This document shows positions 9,189 to 19,605 of a stretch of DNA of 64,000 bases, in pieces (position 1 is the stretch's first letter; every line of letters starts with the position of its first letter). The DNA lies in contig JAPDQM010000007.1 in NCBI GenBank assembly GCA_034505795.1, positions 1,590 through 65,589 of the forward strand, read 5' to 3'. This stretch comes from Candidatus Zhuqueibacterota bacterium (GTDB lineage Bacteria > Zhuqueibacterota > Zhuqueibacteria > Thermofontimicrobiales > Thermofontimicrobiaceae). A program made the position numbers and the translations under genes. A model generated the notes under the pieces. The model saw nothing but the letters and a program-made list of their open reading frames with translations. It had not been told where the DNA came from and made no database searches.

Positions 9189-12100
9189 TCATCGAATAAG
9201 CAGCAACTTCTTCTGCAGGTTTAGATCAGACACTCTGAGCTGATAGAAATATACTCCTGACGCCACAGGTTCGCCCTTATCGCCAGTACCGTCCCAGAAT
9301 GCTGTGTAATACCCTTTGGCCTGAAGACCTGCAATCAAAGTTCGCACCTTCTGACCGTTGAGATTAAATATATCCAGTGTCACCTGCTGAAAAGATTCCC
9401 CTGCAATTTGATAATCAATCCGCGTCCAGCGATTGAAGGGGTTGGGATAGTTTTGGGCTAATTTATATTCGGTTGGTACGGGCAGCATAATATGGCCGCC
9501 TGGCTCCATGGTAACAATGGGCTGTGAACTGATCTCGATATTATCAATAAAAACGCCGGTAATCTTCCCCGGTGGCAGCGGCTCGTCGTCACTCACCCAC
9601 CGGAATCGCACTCGACTTAACGTGCCAGCAGCGATATCGGAGAGATCGTAATTATATGGCAACCAATCATTACCCATCAATACCGAATCCAGCGCTCCGC
9701 CGCTTCCGATGAAATCTAATTTCCGCCATTTCAAACCATCAAATACGTCGACATAAAAACCATTCACGCCATAGATAGCCACATTAAACCAGGCCCAGAA
9801 TGTCAGTCGGCTATTGTGACCCAGATAAAAAGCTGGACTTTCAAGCGTGGCGTCGTCATGGGGCAGATAATTGCCTGTGGCTTCGTCACCACAATACCAG
9901 GAATAGCCCCCAGAATAAGGATTTTGGGTTGACAGATGCCAATGATTGGACATTGCGTTGGGTCGATACCATCCTCCTGTCCCGTGTTCAAGATCGTCCT
10001 GGAAGCCAGTTGCTCCGATGGTCAGGTGGAACAACGGCGAGAACAGAAATCCCTCCTCGGTGGTGATGTTCAAACGAAAATCCGGAAACGATGGAATTGG
10101 CGGTTGTAGCGCCTGCACGATGAATGAATCCACAGCCATCTGCCCTGGAGCTATCGTTCCCCAGGCGCTGATTTTGGGATCGATTTGAATTTGGGGATCA
10201 GTGGTAGTGAGCGTCGACCGAACGTTATGAGCACTGGCCAGGCCATTGTTGACCACGCCAATGGTCAAACGGAATTTTTCACCGGGCTCAGGAATCGAAT
10301 TGCCGTTTCCCCATTCCCTGTCGTTGATTTCTTGATGTGAGAGCGAAATTACAGGGGCAGCGTTGGTCAAGGCAAGGGTTTGATTCCAGGCCAGGCCGGA
10401 CTCAGCTAAGATTTGGGCATTCAAATGCAAAACATATCCATTGGGGCATTGACGATCAACGGCGAGGATCAAGACATCCATGCATTCGGTGCTATCATTG
10501 GCAGCAATAGAACCGGCGATAGCGCTGGGATCGATCATGGTAATAAATGAATCGGTTGAAGTGACCGTTACAGTCACTTGATTCGCATCTGCCGCGCCAA
10601 GATTTTTCAATCTTAGCTTGAGGTGAACAGTTTCGCCCGGATTGATCAACCCATCTCCATTCCCTGTGCGATCATCAATGCCAAGATCGGAGCAAATTAC
10701 ATAAGGTGCGCTGGATTGAACTGCAATCGTCTTTTCAACGGGTAAAAAATTAGATGCCGTCACCGTGAGTTCGATTGGTTTTGAAGCATCTGTCACCGAA
10801 ATAGCGAATTGAATCTGCCCTGCGGCATCGGTGCGGCCATATTCATAGATAGTTTCAGCTTGCCTGAGACACACCAGGGCCTCTTCAAGTGGCGAACTGC
10901 GGTGAGTTACTGTGACTGGAATAACGGAATTGCCGATGTTTACCCGGGCGGGTGCTTGAACATTCAGATGGGAGGGAGCGTCCGTCCATACTGGCATTTC
11001 AGGATCACCCAGTAAATTGATTTCATACATGCACCAGCGGTAGACATTCTCTTGCCGGGCAAATGGCACATAATAAGCTTTGGCTAAGGCTAACGCCAGG
11101 CCCAAATTGTGGACCCGCTCTTTGAACAAAAAACGAAAAAACTGAAAGTCAAACCGATCAGAATAGCCATAGCCAGGATTGCCTGGCGAACCCCAGCCAT
11201 AGCGAGAGTTGCCGATAAAAGCCACTCCCCCGCCATTGGGATTATTCACATAATCTTCTGCAATGCAATCGACTTCAAAATTGGCCGGGTAGCAACCGAT
11301 GGAATAGAGAATACCTTGCATGGTACCATTGGTCAATGTCTGCATGTCCGCTCTTCGGAAATAGCCGTCCCCCATTCCCATGACATTGGCGCTGGCATGG
11401 CCATGGTGGTTAATGATATGTTGGCCGGCGTCAATAGCCGTGCGAACCGTGGCGATGGATTCATTGCCCAGGTCTTCATATAGCTTGGTGATCTCATAAA
11501 AATTAGGAGGCAAATATGCCTGTTCAATCATATCTTTGCCGATTCCAGTATTGGTATATGGATTGGCCCACAGGATCTCGGCAGCAAACAGCATCTTGCG
11601 CAAATATCCTTGCGGAGGATTTTTCTCATAAGTCAACACTTTATCAACAAAGACCTTCGCTTCCGCTGCATCTTCGACCGGCGCCCGGCCAACAATGACC
11701 TCAGGAATCATATTAATTTCATCGGCAATTTCGCCGAAAATCTGATCGCCATCATCATTCCAGGAGCCATCCAGATCCGCGTAGTACAGATCGCACGGAA
11801 TTTCGTTCTCCCGACGATCGCCGCCGAACTTGCAATCCATAGCAAAAGCGGTTCTGGCGGGGATAATGTTCACATCGCCTCCCAAAAGCACCCAATACAC
11901 GCCCCAGAGCTTCACTGCCTGGCGGATAAAATTTCGGATTTGTTCTTGCCTGTCTGAGCCTGCAAACTTGGCATAAATGTATTCGGTTGTTACGATAGTT
12001 GCTGGAACGCCTTTTTTGGTTTTCCAATCCAGAAGAGGCTTGAAATTGCTTTCCAGCGAACTGCTGGTAATAATTAAATATTCATATTTCGGAGTTGATT

Positions 12101-12779
12101 CAGATGCTTCATCTTTGGCAAGCGGTTTTTTCATCAGTAAAGAGCCAGCCATGTTTTTTACGAGCTTCGATGCCAGGATAGCAGAGAACTCAGTTTCGCT
12201 GATGGCATTTTGGGTCTGATGGTAACTTTCCTGCGTTGCAATGACTTGAAAGAGGATGTCTGAATAAAAAAACAGCTTTTGTTCTGCGGGATGATATTGC
12301 AGCGGATAAACACGAAGCGCAACAAGTTTGATGGCGCCCAAACGTGCCTCTCCCGCTAATTCGATGACTTGTGCGGGAAATGCGGCTTCGGAGGCATAGA
12401 TGCGCGCATTGGGTGTTGGAACATCGATTGCAGAGCTGTTTTTTGAATGTGCGGAAAGGATTTCTGGCCGAATTGCTGGAAGAATCGAATAATTTCCAGT
12501 CAGCAATTCAGGTTCTACCGCGGTCATTTCGATGTGATCGACGCGTTCATCGACTGGAATGGCCAGGTGAATAATTTGAAACGGTAGTTGTGGCGCTCCT
12601 ACCTGCGACGACAGTTCCAGCCCTTTCATAGTAACCACGTCAAAGTGGTAGCTTTTTGAAAATGCCAAATCGAGCTTATTAAAATGGTGGCTCACACTGA
12701 TATTTCTTGAATTCGAGATTTGAGTGACCATCAGCGTGAAGAACAATGTTTTGCTTATTAGGCAAATTAATTTTTTCAT
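9189..12779 (-). CDS. C25 (gingipain-like) cysteine peptidase with Ig/CARDB-like repeats and T9SS C-terminal sorting domain
   Basis: Signal peptide. YEYLIITSSSLESNFKPLLDWKTKKGVPATIV (C25 N-terminal core), putative catalytic His IINHHGHAS and Cys YSIGCYPANF. C-terminus LAQNYPNPFNRWTRIDYQ... is a Por/T9SS CTD. Confidence 0.7.
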   Translation of the reverse strand: MKKLICLISKTLFFTLMVTQISNSRNISVSHHFNKLDLAFSKSYHFDVVTMKGLELSSQVGAPQLPFQIIHLAIPVDERVDHIEMTAVEPELLTGNYSILPAIRPEILSAHSKNSSAIDVPTPNARIYASEAAFPAQVIELAGEARLGAIKLVALRVYPLQYHPAEQKLFFYSDILFQVIATQESYHQTQNAISETEFSAILASKLVKNMAGSLLMKKPLAKDEASESTPKYEYLIITSSSLESNFKPLLDWKTKKGVPATIVTTEYIYAKFAGSDRQEQIRNFIRQAVKLWGVYWVLLGGDVNIIPARTAFAMDCKFGGDRRENEIPCDLYYADLDGSWNDDGDQIFGEIADEINMIPEVIVGRAPVEDAAEAKVFVDKVLTYEKNPPQGYLRKMLFAAEILWANPYTNTGIGKDMIEQAYLPPNFYEITKLYEDLGNESIATVRTAIDAGQHIINHHGHASANVMGMGDGYFRRADMQTLTNGTMQGILYSIGCYPANFEVDCIAEDYVNNPNGGGVAFIGNSRYGWGSPGNPGYGYSDRFDFQFFRFLFKERVHNLGLALALAKAYYVPFARQENVYRWCMYEINLLGDPEMPVWTDAPSHLNVQAPARVNIGNSVIPVTVTHRSSPLEEALVCLRQAETIYEYGRTDAAGQIQFAISVTDASKPIELTVTASNFLPVEKTIAVQSSAPYVICSDLGIDDRTGNGDGLINPGETVHLKLRLKNLGAADANQVTVTVTSTDSFITMIDPSAIAGSIAANDSTECMDVLILAVDRQCPNGYVLHLNAQILAESGLAWNQTLALTNAAPVISLSHQEINDREWGNGNSIPEPGEKFRLTIGVVNNGLASAHNVRSTLTTTDPQIQIDPKISAWGTIAPGQMAVDSFIVQALQPPIPSFPDFRLNITTEEGFLFSPLFHLTIGATGFQDDLEHGTGGWYRPNAMSNHWHLSTQNPYSGGYSWYCGDEATGNYLPHDDATLESPAFYLGHNSRLTFWAWFNVAIYGVNGFYVDVFDGLKWRKLDFIGSGGALDSVLMGNDWLPYNYDLSDIAAGTLSRVRFRWVSDDEPLPPGKITGVFIDNIEISSQPIVTMEPGGHIMLPVPTEYKLAQNYPNPFNRWTRIDYQIAGESFQQVTLDIFNLNGQKVRTLIAGLQAKGYYTAFWDGTGDKGEPVASGVYFYQLRVSDLNLQKKLLLIR

Positions 12780-12809
12780 AATGCCATTCCAGCAGATTAT
12801 TCGGTAACA

Positions 12810-15176
12810 TCAGGGCAAGTGGATCATTTTTTGGGCCATCATTGTCTTATATGGTTCAAGTAGTCTCAGTCGATAAAAATAGACTCCTGCAGCTACCGCA
12901 TGGCCTTCGTGATCGCGAGCATCCCACATGACCTCATGGCTACCAGGAACTTGAAATACAAGATCGAACGAGCGGATAATTTGCCCAATGGCATTAAAGA
13001 TTTCAAGTTTTGCTGTCGTTGGGGCAGCGACCTCAATTCTTATTTGCGTTTGGCCATTGAATGGATTGGGATAATTTTGCGCCAGCAGAGCCGAGCCCGG
13101 CATGGTTTCGCGGTGTGACATGGCAACGGATGTTAGCGTCAAATCCTGGGTTCCCCCTGCCTTATGATAGCGCTCGGCGAACTCCTGCAAGTACAGATTA
13201 GCAATGAGGGGGCTCTTGATGATCAAAAAATTTTCGTCATTGCTATTTTCAGCCGCATTGCTCCAATTATACGACCCGGTGACCAGCGCTGAGTTGCCTG
13301 AACGGCCATCGCCATCGATGATCAAATATTTATGATGCAGATATTTTGCTTCTTTATCGAGATGCACATCAGCGGGCGGGTTCCAGGGCTGGCTGCCAGT
13401 GCCAATCAAATTATAATACTGGCTACCAGATAAGTCTTCGCCATCAATCACTCCTTTGATCTTAAACTCAGGAACAGTTTTCCATTTTCCATACATGGCA
13501 TTGGCGATTGAGGACTGGTTGAATGTCAACATGCAGAAATACAACGCGTGCTGTGCTTGCTCGATAGCAGCTAACAAAGCCTCCTGACCATGATCCGAGG
13601 GGCTCATATATTGTAGTACTTCGACACCGTTGATATTAAAACGGTGCGGCGTATTCTCAGTCTTGCGATAACCGAAGCGAGATTTGGCAGGATCAGGTGC
13701 GTCACGGTCACTGCCCCACATTTCATTAAACTCGATCGTATAGCATTCTGCCAGGGCTTGATCCTGGATTTCGATGACATTTTCGGCATTATACAATCGG
13801 GCGGATTCGGTGGCATTATATGAGCCGGTCCAGACCCAGTCGTCAGCAGCCGAGGTGGTGTCGCGATGATCGACAATCATGAATTTATTGTGCATTGCGG
13901 CATTACCGTTGTTGTCGCCAAAACGATCATTAATGATGGGCACGTTGGCATTTTTGAGGAATTGAACGGCATCGCTGTCGCCAGGTCGCTGGGAATCGTA
14001 ATCATAGATAACCCGAACTTTCACCCCGCGCTGAAATGCGCCTACCAATAGGCCTGCGGCTTCATCCAAAAAATAGAAACAGAAGTCGATCGAATACCTG
14101 GCCCCTTCGATACGCGCACCGAGCTTATTCAGTAGATTCGCCTTTTCGGCGTTGACACCAAACTGAGCATAACCTGGATCCACCGACTGATTAAAATAGA
14201 CATTCATTTTGCCGGTAGATGATGGGTTCGAGGCACTCATGACAATGCGATCCGCCGAATATTGATAATTGCCATTTGTGCCGGCTCCGACCCTGACATG
14301 ATACAGGGTTGCCGGCCATAATTGGGCCAAATGTACCAGATGGTTTTTCACTGATTCCTGTACGACAATGGTATCGATTTCATAATTTGAGGTTTTGCCA
14401 TAAATGACAATGGAATTCGTGGCGCTCTGAGTTTGCCATGTTAGGTCCATCGAGTATGGCAAAATATTTTTTTCGACCGGTCCAGAAACGATATCTAAAA
14501 CTGAGTTGTCGATGACATCGGCTTTGAATCGAGGCAGCAGTTGGTAGCCCTGGGTGTAAGGACTTTCGGGATCGTATTGCTGAATCACACCGATGACATC
14601 GAAGCGAGCGGCCGGCGCCGAGGTATTGCTCAAGTCGGTATCTTTGTCAATTCGAATTTCACAGGAACCCGTAGCATCGGTCAGAATAAAATTACTGCCA
14701 GCCCCAGAAACCGTCCATTTGCTGGTGTTGACAGCCACGTTGTTGATGCGAACCAATTGTCCCTCCAGCTTTTCGACACCATTGGCCCCCTCAGTGGCCA
14801 CATCCAAACAGGTAATGAGCTTTGGCACAACAGATGGAGCTCTGGGCACGCGAAGCAAAATTGTGACATTTTTTAATTCTGTCAATCCACTATACTGAGT
14901 CACGGTGCCAGAGATTTTAACCGAATCACCAATATTTACTTTAGAAGCGAAGTTTGCATCATAGATGGCTACTCCGCCGGTGCGATCCTGGATCGAGCCG
15001 GTAATGCCAAACTGATTGCTGACGGTAACTTCGCCAACGATGGTGACGGTCTGATTCAACAAGATTGGAACGCCCTGGGCGTCATTTTGATGAAGAGTAG
15101 CGATGTCGATAACTTGAGCCACCGCGGAGTTAACTAGAAAAATTAAGCCAAGAAGGATGCCATTTTTTTTCAACAT
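12810..15176 (-). CDS. secreted phospholipase D-superfamily protein (two HKD motifs; nuclease/PLD-like) with T9SS C-terminal domain
   Basis: HKD motif 1 MHNKFMIVDH...GSYNATESA. HKD motif 2 LHHKYLIIDGDG...GSYNWSNAAE. Start set at ATG 15176 (MLKKNGILLGLIFLVNSAVAQ signal peptide, SD GAGGA). C-terminus LAQNYPNPFNGQTQIRIE is a T9SS CTD. Confidence 0.75.
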   Translation of the reverse strand: MLKKNGILLGLIFLVNSAVAQVIDIATLHQNDAQGVPILLNQTVTIVGEVTVSNQFGITGSIQDRTGGVAIYDANFASKVNIGDSVKISGTVTQYSGLTELKNVTILLRVPRAPSVVPKLITCLDVATEGANGVEKLEGQLVRINNVAVNTSKWTVSGAGSNFILTDATGSCEIRIDKDTDLSNTSAPAARFDVIGVIQQYDPESPYTQGYQLLPRFKADVIDNSVLDIVSGPVEKNILPYSMDLTWQTQSATNSIVIYGKTSNYEIDTIVVQESVKNHLVHLAQLWPATLYHVRVGAGTNGNYQYSADRIVMSASNPSSTGKMNVYFNQSVDPGYAQFGVNAEKANLLNKLGARIEGARYSIDFCFYFLDEAAGLLVGAFQRGVKVRVIYDYDSQRPGDSDAVQFLKNANVPIINDRFGDNNGNAAMHNKFMIVDHRDTTSAADDWVWTGSYNATESARLYNAENVIEIQDQALAECYTIEFNEMWGSDRDAPDPAKSRFGYRKTENTPHRFNINGVEVLQYMSPSDHGQEALLAAIEQAQHALYFCMLTFNQSSIANAMYGKWKTVPEFKIKGVIDGEDLSGSQYYNLIGTGSQPWNPPADVHLDKEAKYLHHKYLIIDGDGRSGNSALVTGSYNWSNAAENSNDENFLIIKSPLIANLYLQEFAERYHKAGGTQDLTLTSVAMSHRETMPGSALLAQNYPNPFNGQTQIRIEVAAPTTAKLEIFNAIGQIIRSFDLVFQVPGSHEVMWDARDHEGHAVAAGVYFYRLRLLEPYKTMMAQKMIHLP

Positions 15177-15420
15177 AATCCTCAATGTTATGTTCAAGGC
15201 GCACATTAGTTCTGGAAGCGCACTGCGAATTGCAGTCTCTCGGGGAAATTTTTGTTGCCCTAAATATAAACATAAATAATTTTTCAGTCAAGTACATTAT
15301 CTGAAAAATTGCTTGAATTTTAATCCAGCAAGTGGTAAATTGAACTCCAGTAATGCTCATTGAGTATATAAAAATGACCAATTGCACGATGATTGGCAGG
15401 GCACAACTTTGAGGCGATTT

Positions 15421-18354
15421 GTGAAGCGATTGATTATAAAACTAATGGGTTTGATGCTGGTGTGCCTAAGTTCCATCGGCGTCGTTCACGGCCAATACTA
15501 CTTTGGCCGCAATAAGGTGCAGTACAACAATTTCACCTGGTATGTGTTAAAGACGGAACATTTTGATATCTATTTCTATCCGGAAATGCGCGAATTGGCA
15601 GAAATCGGGGCTGCTTCAGCGGAAGAAAGCTACCTGTTTCTGCAAAACAAATTCGACCACAGTATTTCGCAGCGTATTCCGTTGATCTTCTATTCCAATC
15701 ATGCGCATTTTCAGCAGACCAATACTATTCCATACCTTCTTCCAGAAGGCGTGGGCGGTTTTTTTGAATTTATTAAAGGTCGGGTAGTGGTGCCATCGAA
15801 TGGCTCCATTCCGGATTTCAAACGGGTGATTCGACACGAATTGGTGCATGTATTTACCCACAGCAAACATTATCAGATTTTAAGAGACCACCGCAAGACG
15901 CATTTCCCTTCCTTGCCGCTATGGTTTATCGAGGGATTGGCTGAATTTTGGTCGCAAGGCTGGAACGATGAGGCCGAAATGTTTATCAAAGACGCAGTGC
16001 TGAACGGCTATCTCGTACCGCTGGAGGATATGTATCAAATTTATGGCACGTTTTTGATGTACAAAGAAGGGCAAGCGATCTTCAAATACATCGAGGATAC
16101 TTTTGGTGAACATAAAATCGTCCAAATGATCGAAAATAGCTGGAAGTCCGACAATTTTTCAGATGTGATGAAGCTGACCATCGAATTGGATTACAAGGAA
16201 TTCGATCGGGCCTGGCTCTATCATTTGAAAAAAGAGCATTATCCGCTTCTGGCTGAGAATGATTTTCCAGAGATGGTTGCGCGGCAAATCACGTTTCAAG
16301 GAATCAATACCAAGCCAGCATTTTATCGACAGGAGGGCAAAGCGAGCCTGGTTTTTGTTTCCAATCGAACCGGCTACTCAGAGATCTATCGTTCGCCTAT
16401 TCCGGCTCAAAAACTGGAAAAAGAAAAATCGGTGGAAGCCCTGATCAAAGGCGAACGCAGCAATGACTTTGAGGCCTTTCATATTTTGAATAGCAAAATC
16501 GACGTGAATGCCAGCGGCATTTTGGCCTTTATATCCAAAAGCGGCGAAAGCGATCTCATTTATTTATATGATTTGAACGACAAAATCATAACCAGGAAAC
16601 TGAAATTTGATGAGCTGGTTACCCTTTACTCCCCCGCCTGGTCGCCAGATGGCAAACGAATCGCTTTCACGGGCATCAACTTTGCAGGCAAAAGTGATCT
16701 CTACGTGGTTGATGTTGAAACAGACCATTTGCAGCGCTTGACCAATGATTTCTTTGATGACCGGGATCCAGCCTGGGGGACTGATGGCCAATTCATCTAC
16801 TTTAGCTCGGATCGAACCAACTCTGACCAGGGTAGCTTTTACAATATTTTTGTGCTAAATATTTCGACGGGTGAAATTGCCTATGTCACCAATGGCTTTC
16901 ACAATGATTTTACTCCGGCAATTTCTCCTGGCGACCGATACCTGGCGTTTACATCGGATCGCGATGGCGCGTTCAATATCTGGTTGCTGGAAAATCCATC
17001 GGCAGCGGGATCATCTTATCTTGCCAGTCAGCAATGGTCGGCTGCAACTGCGATGGCCGCGCCGCCCATGCCAGTTTATTCGCTGAGCAATCATGCGCTT
17101 CAGGCACGAAAAATTACCAATTTTACCACTGGCGCGTATGATCCAGAATGGACCGATAGCGATCAGCTTCTTTTTACTGCGTTTGAGAAATTTTCATTTC
17201 AGATTCAATTGTTGGATGAAGTGAGTCGTCGCTCTGACAGCGCTGTGGTTGTTCAACGGGATTCATTGGAAGTAAAACGCCCTCTTGATATGAGCCCCAA
17301 AATCGTTGCGCCATCGGCGGTCAGCACGGTAAAATACAAACCCAAATTCAATCTCGATGTCGCCCAAAGCCAGGTGATGCAGGATCCAATTTTTGGCGTT
17401 TCGGGTGGCGCACAGTTAGCCATGAGCGATATGCTGGGCAATTATCAGTATCATTTTTTGATTTTTAATAACGCACAATCTCGCGATGAGTTCTTCGACA
17501 GCTTCAATATCGCTGTCTCGCGGCTCGACCTGTCGCGTCGCACCAATTATGCTGTGGGCTTGTATCATTTCGCCGGCCGCTATTACAATTGGTACGAGGG
17601 ATTTTTTTATGAACGCCGCTATGGTGGCTTTGCCTCGGTTAGCTATCCCCTATCGGTTTTTCAACGCATCGAAGCCTCGGTGAATTTTCGGCATTCATAC
17701 AAAGAATGGTACGGATTTGACAACTCCCGCAAGGCGCTGCTGGCCTCTAATTTCATCGGTTATGTGAAGGATAATTCGCTCTGGGGCGCTTCGGGACCTG
17801 TTGATGGTGAGCGGGTGAATATCACGCTCGGCAACACGACGGATGTTCAGCATTCCAATGTAAATTTTTATACCATCATTTTTGATGCCCGAAAATATTT
17901 TCGCCTCTCGAATCGAGTGACCTATGCCGTGCGCGCCATGACCCGGTACAATCATGGCAAAGAGGCATTGCCATTTTTTATGGGTGGCAGTTGGGATTTG
18001 CGAGGCTATCGACGCTGGTCGCTTTGGGGTAATAAAATTTTCCTCATCAACCACGAGCTGAGATTTCCGTTTATTGATCGCTTTATCATCAATTTTCCCT
18101 TTGGCGGCATGGGCTTCAATGCCATTCGTGGAGCGACTTTTTTGGACCTGGGGAATGCCTGGAATAACAAGTTTGAGAATATCCTGGGCAGCTTTGGTTT
18201 TGGCGTTCGCTGGCGTCTGGGAGGATTCCTGGTACTGCGGTTGGATTTCGGTAAGAAATTCGCTTTTCATGAAACCCGCAGCTTGATCCATCCCGGGAAA
18301 TTTGACTTGAGCCAAGGGGTCTTCACACAATTCTTTTTTGGCTGGGATTATTAG
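15421..18354 (+). CDS. Omp85-superfamily outer-membrane beta-barrel fused to an N-terminal HEXXH metallopeptidase-like domain and PD40/TolB-like beta-propeller (no POTRA recognised)
   Basis: HEXXH IRHELVHVFTH followed by a downstream Glu in WFIEGLAEFW (gluzincin-like). PD40 repeats (YSPAWSPDGKRIAFTG, SDLYVVDVETD, FTPAISPGDRYLAFTSDRDG). C-terminal ~350 aa barrel with Omp85 loop-6 motif DLRGYRRWS and aromatic C-terminus ..FFFGWDY. Start set at GTG 15421, giving signal peptide VKRLIIKLMGLMLVCLSSIGVVHG. The ATG at 15382 or 15445 is possible. Confidence 0.65.
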   Translation: MKRLIIKLMGLMLVCLSSIGVVHGQYYFGRNKVQYNNFTWYVLKTEHFDIYFYPEMRELAEIGAASAEESYLFLQNKFDHSISQRIPLIFYSNHAHFQQTNTIPYLLPEGVGGFFEFIKGRVVVPSNGSIPDFKRVIRHELVHVFTHSKHYQILRDHRKTHFPSLPLWFIEGLAEFWSQGWNDEAEMFIKDAVLNGYLVPLEDMYQIYGTFLMYKEGQAIFKYIEDTFGEHKIVQMIENSWKSDNFSDVMKLTIELDYKEFDRAWLYHLKKEHYPLLAENDFPEMVARQITFQGINTKPAFYRQEGKASLVFVSNRTGYSEIYRSPIPAQKLEKEKSVEALIKGERSNDFEAFHILNSKIDVNASGILAFISKSGESDLIYLYDLNDKIITRKLKFDELVTLYSPAWSPDGKRIAFTGINFAGKSDLYVVDVETDHLQRLTNDFFDDRDPAWGTDGQFIYFSSDRTNSDQGSFYNIFVLNISTGEIAYVTNGFHNDFTPAISPGDRYLAFTSDRDGAFNIWLLENPSAAGSSYLASQQWSAATAMAAPPMPVYSLSNHALQARKITNFTTGAYDPEWTDSDQLLFTAFEKFSFQIQLLDEVSRRSDSAVVVQRDSLEVKRPLDMSPKIVAPSAVSTVKYKPKFNLDVAQSQVMQDPIFGVSGGAQLAMSDMLGNYQYHFLIFNNAQSRDEFFDSFNIAVSRLDLSRRTNYAVGLYHFAGRYYNWYEGFFYERRYGGFASVSYPLSVFQRIEASVNFRHSYKEWYGFDNSRKALLASNFIGYVKDNSLWGASGPVDGERVNITLGNTTDVQHSNVNFYTIIFDARKYFRLSNRVTYAVRAMTRYNHGKEALPFFMGGSWDLRGYRRWSLWGNKIFLINHELRFPFIDRFIINFPFGGMGFNAIRGATFLDLGNAWNNKFENILGSFGFGVRWRLGGFLVLRLDFGKKFAFHETRSLIHPGKFDLSQGVFTQFFFGWDY

Positions 18355-18466
18355 CGTCAGCTCACTATTCAACAAAATTCCAATAGCGTATGGCACCATT
18401 CTCTGATTCGAATCGCACTGCAATGCCAGTGCATTTTATTTCCAATGGCAAAATAATGAGGAAAGC

Positions 18467-19603
18467 GTGTTTTTGAGATACCTAAAATTTAGCCTACTAA
18501 GCTTCATTATCCTGATGAGTTGCGCCAGAATTCGCCTGCGACCGGGAACATCGCTTGCCGAACCAATTCCCAATTGGCTCATGGCGGGTGGCAATCCAGC
18601 GAGAACCAATTCTTACGCTGGTGATATTTCATTACCACTCAAACTGAAATGGCGATATAGCGCAACTTCGGCCATCGGAAAAACGCTATTGGCCGTTGAC
18701 GGCGTACTGTATTTTACCACACTGGATGGTCGGCTGTATGCATTGGATATTCGTACCGGCAAAAAAATAGGCCACATAAAGACTGACCACGAAGCCACAG
18801 CAACTTATCTTGACAGCAGCTTAATTATTGCCCGACGCTATGGCGACGAGACATTGTTTCGATATGATCTAAAATCTGGCACGTATCAGTGGAAAATCGA
18901 TGCCGGGGATATTGCGTCGGAGCCGCTGATTCTGGACCAGCGCATTTTCATCACCGCCCTTTATAAGCATGTCGATCAGTATAATCCGGAACGAGGGGCC
19001 CGCATCTGGCAAACCAAACTGCCCAATCAAATTCAATCCTCACCAGCGGCGCATCAGAACAAGATTGTTTTTGGCTGTGATGACGGATTTGTGTATGCGG
19101 TTGATAAAAGCACCGGCAATGTTGTATGGAAATTCAAAACCAACGCCAGCGTCCAGGCGACTCCTGCTATTTGGGATACTGTTGTTTATATTGGTTCTCG
19201 CAATGGCATATTTTATGCGTTAAGCCTAAATGATGGCCATGAACTTTGGAGGTATAACGCGACAGGGCTAATTCTCCATGGGGTTGCGGTCAACGCCAGG
19301 CAGGTTATTTTTGGTACCACCGATTCCAAGCTTCACTGCCTGGAACGGCTCACCGGTAGAGAGCTGTGGACTTTTTTAGCCAAAAGCGTGATCAGCACTC
19401 CGCCATTAATTAGCCAGGATAAAGTTTTTGTGGGCTCGCTGGATCACCACTATTATGCCCTAGATCTGGCAACCGGCAAGGAGTTGTGGAAGTTCAAAAC
19501 CAAAGGCCGCGTTCGAACGCAGCCAATTATTTGGGACAAATATCTCATTGGTGCGTCTGAGAATAACTACCTGTATGTTTTTTCCAGCGAGGAGGACTTT
19601 TAA
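18467..19603 (+). CDS. PQQ-repeat beta-propeller lipoprotein (BamB-like)
   Basis: GTG start with GAGGAAA SD. Lipoprotein signal ...IILMSCA. Repeated PQQ-type blades (DGRLYALDIRTGKK, DGFVYAVDKSTGNVVW, NGIFYALSLNDGHELW, HHYYALDLATGKELW). Confidence 0.7.
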   Translation: MFLRYLKFSLLSFIILMSCARIRLRPGTSLAEPIPNWLMAGGNPARTNSYAGDISLPLKLKWRYSATSAIGKTLLAVDGVLYFTTLDGRLYALDIRTGKKIGHIKTDHEATATYLDSSLIIARRYGDETLFRYDLKSGTYQWKIDAGDIASEPLILDQRIFITALYKHVDQYNPERGARIWQTKLPNQIQSSPAAHQNKIVFGCDDGFVYAVDKSTGNVVWKFKTNASVQATPAIWDTVVYIGSRNGIFYALSLNDGHELWRYNATGLILHGVAVNARQVIFGTTDSKLHCLERLTGRELWTFLAKSVISTPPLISQDKVFVGSLDHHYYALDLATGKELWKFKTKGRVRTQPIIWDKYLIGASENNYLYVFSSEEDF

Positions 19604-19605
19604 AT

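Noticed and set aside
15130-15387. 85-aa minus-strand ORF in the PLD / Omp85-fusion divergent intergenic region
   Set aside because: It overlaps the PLD N-terminus and promoter region. It is low complexity and has no RBS.
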